From Methanobacterium sp. UBA294 (GTDB lineage: Archaea > Methanobacteriota > Methanobacteria > Methanobacteriales > Methanobacteriaceae): 32,000 bases of DNA. A program made the position numbers and the translations under genes. Positions 8,418-16,982 of this stretch are shown here, piece by piece. The stretch spans positions 56,951 to 88,950 of the forward strand of contig DACB01000006.1 in assembly GCA_002494495.1 (NCBI GenBank). Reading direction: 5' to 3'. The notes beneath the pieces are model-generated. The model saw only the letters and a program-made list of their open reading frames with translations, had not been told where the DNA came from and searched no databases. The number at the start of each line of letters is the position of its first letter. Within the stretch, counting starts at the first letter, position 1.

Positions 8418-10010
8418 CTATGGTGATGCTACAATTTTCCGGATTTCTTCCCGGAATTTTAATGCCGCTTCTCCAATACAAACCACAGCCTGAACATCAT
8501 ATTTCAAGGCTGTTTCAAGCCCCTGGTTGATCTGTTCTAAATTAGCTCCTAGGGTTCCCTTTTTAAATTTCTTAGGATAGGTGGTTGTTAAAATTATTTT
8601 ATCAGATACTGATTTTCCTTTCTTTATCAAGTTGTCTGCTACTTTCCTTGAATAGTATGAGGCTGGGATCACATAGTCAGCATTATCAAGGCTTTTGTTT
8701 AAAATGGCAATGTTTCCTCTTTCTCCTGACTCTGAAGATACAGTGATGACCACGGCTATGGTGTTATAGATTTTCTTTAATTCCTGGAGCACGGTTCCCA
8801 CACCATCGGGGTTATGGGCATAATCAACTATGATAGTTTTACCCTGATATTCTCCTATGTAGTCCAATCTACCTGGAACTCCATTAAAAGATTCAATATT
8901 ACTGATAATTTTTTCAAGGGGTATTTTGAAGAATTCAAATGCCGCAGCTATTGCCCCTAATATGTTGTAGATGTTATGGAGACCGATAAGGGGATTTATC
9001 ACCTCCACTACCTTTTTTTTAGCATGTAAGGTGAAACTGTTTTCCTTTATATCAGTGGCCAGATAATGAATTGCCGGTTTTTCAAGACCACATATGCATT
9101 TGTAATCTCCCATTCCGGAAATAGATTCCATTACTGGTATTTCTCTACCGCACCAGCATAGTTTATTATTAACAACACCTTTTTTAAGACTTAATTCTTC
9201 ACTTGATTTCACTCCAAAGGTGATAATATCTTTATCCTTATAATCTGGAATCTTTGATTCAATTAACCCCCACAGTGTTGGATCGTCACCATTAACTATT
9301 AATTTTTTATCCTTAAGATAGTCTACAAATTCTCCTTTTATTCTGGCATATTTCAGGAAATCATGATCATCATGCATGTGGTCTGGGGTGATGTTGGTGA
9401 TTATTCCACAGTCTGGTTGGGAGCGTTCAATTACAAAACCCAAATCCCCTGGATTTCCAAATGTCCCTGTTTCCAGAACAGCCACATCTCCATTTAAACG
9501 GCACTGAAGTGGTGGAATGTATTCAATATTTCCCTGCAGATCTTTAAATCCGTGCTCTGCTGGTTTTAAACCGGAATATCTACAGATATGCTTTAAGATA
9601 GATACTGTGGTGGTTTTACCATTTGTCCCGGTGACACAGAGCACTGGCTTTCCAGGTTTGATGAATCTAAGAATATCTTCCACTTCAATAAGTTGAAATT
9701 CGTCTTTAAATGTTCGATCCTTTAATTCTTTATGGAGAATAGATTCCACAGGTAAACTGGGAGGGGTTATGATGTAATCTGAAGTGTTATAAAATGTTTC
9801 TGGATGGCCGCCAAGATAGAGTGGAATACTGTAATCATCTAAGGTATATTTAAAATTACATTCTCTTTCTGCCTTTGAATCAGTACCTGCAACTTTAAAC
9901 CCATTATCGGAGAGTACCCGGATTACCAAATTGCCCACCACTCCGCAAACACCGATGACTCCAAATACGTCGCTACTTGAGTAGTTTCTGTTGTTTGATT
10001 CTTTATCCAT
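8418..10010 (-). CDS. Mur ligase family protein (pseudomurein peptide ligase paralog) with Cys4 zinc-ribbon insertion
   Basis: 530 aa. It has a MurD-like Rossmann N-terminus (VIGVCGVVGNLVIRVLSDNGFKVAGTD), P-loop VTGTNGKTTT, a DHMH/ITNITPDH central-domain motif, and a C-terminal-domain DYAHNPDG. The insertion reads CWCG-x17-CICG. SD GAGGAAAT lies upstream of the ATG. Confidence 0.85.
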   Translation of the reverse strand: MDKESNNRNYSSSDVFGVIGVCGVVGNLVIRVLSDNGFKVAGTDSKAERECNFKYTLDDYSIPLYLGGHPETFYNTSDYIITPPSLPVESILHKELKDRTFKDEFQLIEVEDILRFIKPGKPVLCVTGTNGKTTTVSILKHICRYSGLKPAEHGFKDLQGNIEYIPPLQCRLNGDVAVLETGTFGNPGDLGFVIERSQPDCGIITNITPDHMHDDHDFLKYARIKGEFVDYLKDKKLIVNGDDPTLWGLIESKIPDYKDKDIITFGVKSSEELSLKKGVVNNKLCWCGREIPVMESISGMGDYKCICGLEKPAIHYLATDIKENSFTLHAKKKVVEVINPLIGLHNIYNILGAIAAAFEFFKIPLEKIISNIESFNGVPGRLDYIGEYQGKTIIVDYAHNPDGVGTVLQELKKIYNTIAVVITVSSESGERGNIAILNKSLDNADYVIPASYYSRKVADNLIKKGKSVSDKIILTTTYPKKFKKGTLGANLEQINQGLETALKYDVQAVVCIGEAALKFREEIRKIVASP

Positions 10011-10422
10011 TGGATTTCCTCAGTTCTAAGTATGTTGATTAATTTATAATGAGTGTTTTTTAAATATTTTATCTCTTTAGATTTTTTGAATTGATTTTTT
10101 GTTTTATAGGAATAATGTAATTTTGTTATTAAAATACATAATGATTTTCGTTTTATAATAGTCTGTTGTGGTTTTGAACTGTTAAATTAAGTATAAAGGT
10201 TTAAATATGCTATTTTAATGATATAAATGGAGTAACATTTAAATTGCAGTAAAGGGACTCAAATAATATCTTGCTGGAGAAAATATTTATAACGATCGGT
10301 TCTAGAAAATAGGGAACATTACTAAGATACAATGTATAAAAAAATAAACTGGATGAATATGCAATTATAAATACATGGATTCAGATAGATTTGGAAAAGC
10401 TTCGTTTTAATCTATAATATAC

Positions 10423-12240
10423 CTATTCTATAACTTCCAAAGTATCAGTTTTTATTTTAAGGTCCTCTAACTGATTTTCAGCAGATGATTCAGTGGAATA
10501 TGGTAATATTTGCCCTTTTATAAATGGTTTTAAACTGTTTAATGATTTTATATTTTCCAGTGCTGTTTTCTGCCATATTTCAAGCCAACCATGGGATGGT
10601 TTTTGGATCTGGGATATATTGCTGCCAAGATGTTCCTGCCACAAGGAATTTCGAATTTTTTCTACTTCTGAATTTGGATACTTACCCAGTTCTGGTAGAA
10701 GAATGTTGAACTCCATATTTCTATGGAATTTTCTATTGAAAAAGCCGGGAAGTTCGTTCACATGGGTGAGTGATGAACCATCAAGATTAGCAGTCCCCAC
10801 AGTAGCCCATAGATCGTCGACAACAGCGAGCTTGGTGTGCACATATATTCTCTGTATTTTAAACTGTTTATTTTCCCAGCCTGTAGACCATAAAGTGAAA
10901 AATCCAATTTGGGGATGGTTTAAATTATCTTCATATGATCGAATCCCTAATTTTTTCATGCACTCCTCCTGGCGATTTTTATAGATGGGAATATCTGGAT
11001 TCTGATTCAATACCACTATTATCTGCAGTTCATTATTTTCTTTCAAGGCGTTTTTCAGTGCCATTATTATGTTGCTGTTGGTGAAGAACTGGTTTTCAAT
11101 ATATATGAATTCCTCTGCTTTGGCAATGGCTTTTCTGTAGGCCTCAAATATGCCCAGTTCCCCTTTTTTATTAAATGTGCCTGGTGTAATTGATCTGGCA
11201 ATCTGAACAGGATAGTTCCCGTTAACTGTTGATGATGGCCGAAGTTTTAGCATGCTTTTTCCCTGATACCCTTCTTTTGCAATGTAATTCCACATTTGGA
11301 TAAAGAATTCTTCAGTGTATTCAACTGATCTTCCTTTTATTTTAATGGATACATCATGTGCTGGCCTGCCTTCACGCCGGGAGTCGTTAATTAAATGTTT
11401 AGATGTGTCCCAGTACTCCTGTTTAAAGGGAGATCCAATTACATATGCTTCTTCACCGTCCCGAATCATTACCTTGGAATGCATCACGAATATTTTATGG
11501 GCCTTGAATTCACGTACTTCCACTCCACTTCCTTGGAAAAATTCAAGGATTTCCTGGTAGCTGTCCGGGATGATCAGGTTTTCGTTAAGAATTATCTTTA
11601 CATCCACACCCCTATTACCCGCATTTTTAAGGGCATCGGCCATGTACTCCTTGGGTTCACTGTTTGAGTTAAATGTTGCCAAGAAGTCTTTATTGAATTC
11701 AAATTGAGTGAGGTACAAGTAGGATTCTGCTTTATTAATTGATTGCACTAAACTTTCCAGTTCTACCTGGTTATCAATCAATACCTCCAACTGATTGTCT
11801 AATGTGAATCTACTTTTATCCGAGCCCCCTAATGTAACATACCATCCTTCTGCCCAGTTTCGTGGGATGATGATGTCTCCAACCTTTTTTACAACTTCAT
11901 CCACAGCTTTTATGGTATCTGTCTTGTAAAGTTCTGATGAATTCAGGGTATCCTTAACAACCACCCAGATATCTGGTTTATCGTCGAAAATATTTTTATA
12001 TTTACTGGGGGAATATTTTATATTGTAGTATCCTTTTTTATCTGTTTTTGATTTACCTAGCTCATAGTCCTTTTTTATAGGGATAGGTGAATATTTTTCA
12101 GTAAATTTAACTATGGGGTTTTCCTGTATTTCTCTTTCTACACTTCCAGCGCCTTCTGCTATTACAATCAACCCTCCGAGGGGATTTCCTTCTTCATCCA
12201 GTATTCTACCCTTAATCCCCCTGTTTAAAGAATTTTTCAT
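10423..12240 (-). CDS. phospholipase D superfamily protein, two HKD motifs, N-terminal beta-sandwich (carboxypeptidase-regulatory/transthyretin-like) domain
   Basis: The two HKD motifs are HSKVMIRDGEEAYVIGSP and HTKLAVVDDLWATVGTANLD. The N-terminus reads GRILDEEGNPLGGLIVIA...KTDKKGYYNIKY. No signal peptide or TM helix. I place the start at ATG 12240 (SD AGGTGA 5-6 nt upstream). The GTG at 12249 used by the ORF track lies inside that SD. Confidence 0.85.
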   Translation of the reverse strand: MKNSLNRGIKGRILDEEGNPLGGLIVIAEGAGSVEREIQENPIVKFTEKYSPIPIKKDYELGKSKTDKKGYYNIKYSPSKYKNIFDDKPDIWVVVKDTLNSSELYKTDTIKAVDEVVKKVGDIIIPRNWAEGWYVTLGGSDKSRFTLDNQLEVLIDNQVELESLVQSINKAESYLYLTQFEFNKDFLATFNSNSEPKEYMADALKNAGNRGVDVKIILNENLIIPDSYQEILEFFQGSGVEVREFKAHKIFVMHSKVMIRDGEEAYVIGSPFKQEYWDTSKHLINDSRREGRPAHDVSIKIKGRSVEYTEEFFIQMWNYIAKEGYQGKSMLKLRPSSTVNGNYPVQIARSITPGTFNKKGELGIFEAYRKAIAKAEEFIYIENQFFTNSNIIMALKNALKENNELQIIVVLNQNPDIPIYKNRQEECMKKLGIRSYEDNLNHPQIGFFTLWSTGWENKQFKIQRIYVHTKLAVVDDLWATVGTANLDGSSLTHVNELPGFFNRKFHRNMEFNILLPELGKYPNSEVEKIRNSLWQEHLGSNISQIQKPSHGWLEIWQKTALENIKSLNSLKPFIKGQILPYSTESSAENQLEDLKIKTDTLEVIE

Positions 12241-12359
12241 TTTTTTCACCTTTTAGTCCATGGGCATTAAAAAAAAGAACTTACATATTATTGAGCAATT
12301 AATTAGATTATGGTTGGGAAGTATGAGAAGATTATTGATTGTTCCTAATTAAAATCCTT

Positions 12360-12548
12360 TTAAGTGGCTTTTTCTATCTCTTCTAGATAAATAGTTTCTA
12401 TTAACTCTGCTCCTCCATTTTTAAGAACTTTTTTAAGTGATTCAGAAGTAAAAAATTCTTTTGCTTTCTGCATATTTTCCCAATCGAAAATGAGCACAAA
12501 TTCATTGGCATTTTCTGAGTTACGATAGAGGATTATTGGTATGTTTTT
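12360..12548 (-). pseudogene. start-less remnant resembling the C-terminal half of an ABM/ferredoxin-like (antibiotic biosynthesis monooxygenase-type) domain
   Basis: My own translation of the minus strand gives KNIPIILYRNSENANEFVLIFDWENMQKAKEFFTSESLKKVLKNGGAELIETIYLEEIEKAT*. This open frame is bounded upstream by TAA and has no start codon before the internal Met. The NEFVLIxxWEN pattern is typical of ABM-domain proteins. Confidence 0.35.
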
Positions 12549-12765
12549 TTAAATATTTACAATTTTCCAATGTTAAAAATTATTAATAGATTATTCAAAA
12601 GTGGACAAATAAGATATATTTATGAAAATATGCGCAAAAAATGTTATAAAAACGGTTCCTTGTAATCTCTCTACATAAATAACTGGTTCCAATCCATAGA
12701 ATGTACAAGATTAAAAATTAAAAATAAAGAATTTTAAGCACTATTATATTACTTTAATGATTCAA

Positions 12766-12780
12766 AGCCAAAAAAACGCT
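12766..12780 (-). terminator. oligo-T tract downstream of the 475-aa Mur ligase
   Basis: The minus strand reads CAGCGTTTTTTTGGC, about 50 nt after the stop at 12827. Archaeal terminators are oligo-T tracts. Confidence 0.35.
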
Positions 12781-12826
12781 GAGATGTATTCCGATCATCA
12801 ATAAAAATAATATTATATAGTCTATT

Positions 12827-14254
12827 TTAATTAACTTTTTTTTTACAGCCTTCTTCCAGTCCCTGTATCATCTTAGCTTTAAGATCATCATAATTGGTTA
12901 TGGCCCCTGGCCCTACGTGTATAATGGTGTCTCCTGGGTTTGAAACTTTTATGGCCATTTCTCCGGCAATTACCATGTTTTGGACTGCTATCTTTTGACA
13001 TTCTTGATTTTTAACACCATCCAACACTTCCTGGGCAGCATCCATATTCACTCCTCCCAGTGTTTCGTTAAAGCCACTGGAGATTATTGTATCAGCATAT
13101 TGGCCTATTACTTCTCCCACTTTAAATTTATCACGTAAAGTGGTGGTGTCCGGATTATCCACCAGAACAATTAATTTTTCATCTTTAAATTGTTCCAATG
13201 TTGAAATCAAGCCTTCGGGTACGAAAGCTGCATCAAAATGAACTTCTCTACTGCAGTATTTTCCCAGATATTCCAGATGTCCGGAGATACCCGGAAATTT
13301 ACTTAAACCGTCCATTATATCTTTTTCATCAAGGCCATAGGATAGGGCAGCAGCAGCTCCAGCCAGGCTGTTTTCAAAGTAGTATCCATTCAATTTAAAC
13401 CTGGTTTTAAATTGGCCAGTGTAGGTATTCAGGTTTAAAATGTTCTTATATTGGTTTAAATCATAAGTTACAGTTATATGACTGTTATCCAGCTTGCCTG
13501 CGATTTTACACTCTTTTTGGGGGCAGTAGTAGATCACATCATCTCGCAATGGTTCCAGATATTCATGGCAGCTGGGAGTGGAAATTAATATTTCACTGGA
13601 TTTTGCAATGAAAAGCTTTCTCTGGGCATATTTTTCCAGTGAGTCCTCAAATTCATCAAGGTGTTCAGGAAAGATATTGGTGAGCACACCTATCTTCAGT
13701 TTAACATGGGACATTAGCCGGGATGTTCCATGGGGTAGTTCAAAAACAGCTACATCATTTTCATGGTGGTAATTCTGGATTATTCCGTCAATAATTACTT
13801 CGCTCAGTAGATTTCCATGGCGGGATGAACATTTCCATACCTTGTATCCGGCTGTGTCCAATATACTGGCTATAATATGGGTGGTGCTGGTTTTGCCCAG
13901 TGTTCCAGTGACGCCGATTATGTCAATATCTATTAAATCATCAATTATATGGGATATTTCTTGGTGTTCAATTACTTTTATATCGCTCTGGGTGATTAAA
14001 TCCCTTACTAGGGAATTCTGGGGGATGTTAGGTGATAGATATACTGAATCTAAAGTTTCCACATCATCGGGAGAATCTCGACCCAGACTCAAAGATACGC
14101 CTTCTTTTTCCATTTGAAGGAGAATCTTCTGGTATTTCGGTGCAAATTCGTTTAATGTCTTTTGATCGGTAATTTGCACTTGATGCCCTATGTAATTTAA
14201 AATCCTGGCCACAGGACGGCCTGCATTTCCTGCTCCAATTACTGTCAATTTCAA
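12827..14254 (-). CDS. Mur ligase family protein (MurD-like N-terminus; pseudomurein peptide ligase paralog)
   Basis: 475 aa. It has a Rossmann N-terminus MKLTVIGAGNAGRPVARILNYIGHQVQITD, P-loop VTGTLGKTSTT, and central motif LTNIFPEHLD. The TTG start has SD GGTGA 7 nt upstream. Confidence 0.85.
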   Translation of the reverse strand: MKLTVIGAGNAGRPVARILNYIGHQVQITDQKTLNEFAPKYQKILLQMEKEGVSLSLGRDSPDDVETLDSVYLSPNIPQNSLVRDLITQSDIKVIEHQEISHIIDDLIDIDIIGVTGTLGKTSTTHIIASILDTAGYKVWKCSSRHGNLLSEVIIDGIIQNYHHENDVAVFELPHGTSRLMSHVKLKIGVLTNIFPEHLDEFEDSLEKYAQRKLFIAKSSEILISTPSCHEYLEPLRDDVIYYCPQKECKIAGKLDNSHITVTYDLNQYKNILNLNTYTGQFKTRFKLNGYYFENSLAGAAAALSYGLDEKDIMDGLSKFPGISGHLEYLGKYCSREVHFDAAFVPEGLISTLEQFKDEKLIVLVDNPDTTTLRDKFKVGEVIGQYADTIISSGFNETLGGVNMDAAQEVLDGVKNQECQKIAVQNMVIAGEMAIKVSNPGDTIIHVGPGAITNYDDLKAKMIQGLEEGCKKKVN

Positions 14255-14399
14255 TTAGATTTCACCTATTATTAATAATCATTTCTTAAAGAATCCTATT
14301 AAAAAGCCTATATTTTATTAATTCTTAATTATTAAGGATTTTTTATAGTATAAATAGATTGATAACATTTATTCATATTATTAAAAAAAACATTAATTT

Positions 14400-15833
14400 T
14401 CAATCCATTTCCTTTAAGATTCTGCTGGCAGGGTCCATTCCCTGAGCTCCAATTAATAAAATAGTATCTGATTTCTGGGATGATTTTAATGCATAATTAA
14501 GGGCATCTACCAGTTTATCAAAGAACTTATAATTCATATGATGGTCATTCATTATACTGGTGAAGACCTGTTTTTCAGAGGTTTTAACCTGATTTGCAGC
14601 GTTAACCACTTCCGAACTGCTGGTGATGATCAACTGGTGATGAACATCCTTGAGGCCCTCGGCAATTGCTTCTGCATTCACCCTGTTAATTACTTCCCCT
14701 CGTGAACCACGGATGGCAACGACTAAATGAATTTTACCTAGGGAAAGCTGAGCACAACTTTTAATGGTGGCTTTTATACTATCTGGGTTGTGGGCAAAGT
14801 CATCTATTATTATGGGACTTTCTGAGAGCACGGTAAACCTCCTGTCCAGAGGTTTATAGGATGAAATCCCGGTGACAATAATTTCAATGGGGATATTTAG
14901 TTTTAAAGCTGCTTGAACTGCTGCCAGAGTGTTCTGGATGAAATGGGGGCTTTTAAACGGTAGTTTATCTTCCCTGATGATTAAATGGCCAAAATTAAAT
15001 ATCCCACTTTGGGGTTCTATTGCCTCGTCTGTACGGTATTCCAGAGAGGAACCATCCCCATAATGGGAAATATCAATAGATGAGGGTAATGATTCTCCCA
15101 TCTTTTTAATCAGGGGGTCTTCATTATTTAAGATAACATATTTTCCCTGAAAATTCCTGATAGATCCTGAAACTTCCTGGTAAACATCTTCAATGGAGTT
15201 CACCAGGCCAATGTGATCCAATGATACGTTGGTCAGTACCACCATCTCCGGGTTTATGGTGGAGGTCATTAGATGTGCATGATCTTTCATAATACGATCC
15301 ATCCATCCCTGGACCTCAGAAACCTCAATTACCATGGCATCCATCTTATCTGGGAATTCTGCTATCTGCTTAGCAACCATGGGATCGATGAGAGTGTTGA
15401 ATTCTGATAATGAGTCGGTGTTGGTGTAGGTAGTATAGCCAGCTTCTTGGAGTATGGTGTATATCATATGGGTTGTGGTGGATTTTCCATTGGTACCAGT
15501 GACCACTATGCGCAGGGTGTCCCTGGCATATTTATCTATAGCCCATTTGAGGGCAAAAGCGTTGGCTTTTTCAATTTTATCAGTGATAATTAGGGGTAAT
15601 TTTAATTTTTTAGCTTGTTTAATTGCTTCTTTGGATATGTCCTGGGTGATGATGCAGGATACGCCCTTTTGATGTGCGATCTCAACACCTTTTTCATCTA
15701 TTCGATGCCTTATTACTGCATCACCTTTATTTGAATCCTTTAAAATATTGAATATGCCCTTGATGGGGACATCTTCACCAATAAACTCACCGTCAATTGC
15801 ATCGGTTATATTGGATGTTATTAAGTCATTCAT
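14400..15833 (-). CDS. Mur ligase family protein (MurE/MurF-like; pseudomurein peptide ligase paralog)
   Basis: 477 aa. It has a MurE/F-style N-terminal domain, P-loop VTGTNGKSTTT, central motif LTNVSLDHIG, and C-terminal DDFAHNPDS. Confidence 0.85.
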   Translation of the reverse strand: MNDLITSNITDAIDGEFIGEDVPIKGIFNILKDSNKGDAVIRHRIDEKGVEIAHQKGVSCIITQDISKEAIKQAKKLKLPLIITDKIEKANAFALKWAIDKYARDTLRIVVTGTNGKSTTTHMIYTILQEAGYTTYTNTDSLSEFNTLIDPMVAKQIAEFPDKMDAMVIEVSEVQGWMDRIMKDHAHLMTSTINPEMVVLTNVSLDHIGLVNSIEDVYQEVSGSIRNFQGKYVILNNEDPLIKKMGESLPSSIDISHYGDGSSLEYRTDEAIEPQSGIFNFGHLIIREDKLPFKSPHFIQNTLAAVQAALKLNIPIEIIVTGISSYKPLDRRFTVLSESPIIIDDFAHNPDSIKATIKSCAQLSLGKIHLVVAIRGSRGEVINRVNAEAIAEGLKDVHHQLIITSSSEVVNAANQVKTSEKQVFTSIMNDHHMNYKFFDKLVDALNYALKSSQKSDTILLIGAQGMDPASRILKEMD

Positions 15834-15881
15834 TTTTTAAGAATCCTACATTTTATTGTGACTTTGTTAATTTATTTGATA

Positions 15882-16958
15882 TTAAAAGAGTTTATAAAAA
15901 TATAAAGCGATTATACAAATTACTAAGGTTGTAACCCAGTATAGGGCTACAATTTTGCCTTCAGAAAGTCCTTTATAGTTTAATGTATGGTGCAAAGGTT
16001 CAACCGGTAATTTAATTACATGTGAACGGTGCAGGAGACTGATTACAACTGAAATTATGGGCACGGCTATGACTATCACTGCAAAGACTATCAAATCACC
16101 CAATATCGATGCGGATGCATAGAACCCTCCCAGTGCAAATGCGCCAGTATCTCCCATGAATATGGATGCGGGCATTCTATTATAAACTAAAAATCCAAAA
16201 CAAACACCAGCAAGAGCCATGAAAGCGATTGCTATATCAAATCGGCTGGTTAATAAGGAGAATATGGCACAAAACAATGAAGCGATTCCCATCACACCGG
16301 AGGCTAATCCATCCATCCCATCGATTAAGTTAACTGCGTTAATTGCACCTACAACACCGATGATGGCTATGGGAATAGATAGTAAGCCCATGTTGAAGTC
16401 GCTCAATACGAAAGGCACAGCGCCTGATACAACCAGGAATAGGGATACAAATATTTGAGAGAGAATCTTTTCCCTTTCACTTATCTCACTTTTAATGGGA
16501 AGTTCCCGGATAATTTCTATCTTTTCCTGTTTTATCAGTTTATCAACATCTTCTTTTGCTTTAGGAGTGGCAACTCTTGCTTCTTCACCAGGTTGAAGCT
16601 TCAATCGCCCTAATTCCACGACCTGTGATGTTACGTTTTTGGCCACCTTTTGAATTTCCTTGGTCTTGAGTCCAAGGAGGTCATCGAAGAGGCCTATGAT
16701 GGCAGCAGCTATCATAACCCCTGTGGTTATTAATAAAATTTGATTCTGAGAATAGATACATGCTATTAAGACAAGCCCCAGTATGATAGCCAATCCACCC
16801 ATTGTGGGTGTGCCCTGTTTGTGGCTGTGCTCTGATACTATGGGATTATCTGTGATGTTTGCACTTATGAGTGTTTTCCGGACAAATGGCGTGAAAAAAA
16901 CCACGGCTACGAATGCTATTATTAAAGGAATGAATATATAAGGATTTAAAAAATTCAA
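15882..16958 (-). CDS. MraY-like polyprenyl-phosphate phospho-sugar(-peptide) transferase (glycosyltransferase family 4)
   Basis: 358-aa multi-pass membrane protein. Motifs: TPTMGGL, the DD pair (LFDDLLGLK), and NAVNLIDGMDGLASG. TTG start. It lies 24 nt downstream of the ATP-grasp gene. Confidence 0.9.
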   Translation of the reverse strand: MNFLNPYIFIPLIIAFVAVVFFTPFVRKTLISANITDNPIVSEHSHKQGTPTMGGLAIILGLVLIACIYSQNQILLITTGVMIAAAIIGLFDDLLGLKTKEIQKVAKNVTSQVVELGRLKLQPGEEARVATPKAKEDVDKLIKQEKIEIIRELPIKSEISEREKILSQIFVSLFLVVSGAVPFVLSDFNMGLLSIPIAIIGVVGAINAVNLIDGMDGLASGVMGIASLFCAIFSLLTSRFDIAIAFMALAGVCFGFLVYNRMPASIFMGDTGAFALGGFYASASILGDLIVFAVIVIAVPIISVVISLLHRSHVIKLPVEPLHHTLNYKGLSEGKIVALYWVTTLVICIIALYFYKLF

Positions 16959-16982
16959 GTAATCACTACTCCGTTTCCAAGA

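Noticed and set aside
10011-10422. 412-bp gap as a possible non-coding RNA gene.
   Set aside because: I found no extended stems, no G+C-enriched core, and no conserved RNA motif by eye. It contains plausible TATA/SD elements for the downstream ligase. This cannot be excluded without covariance-model searches, so it is not called.
10493-11667. Plus-strand ORFs (163, 61, 81 and 90 aa) inside the PLD gene.
   Set aside because: They are antisense to a gene with two intact HKD motifs and have no independent support.
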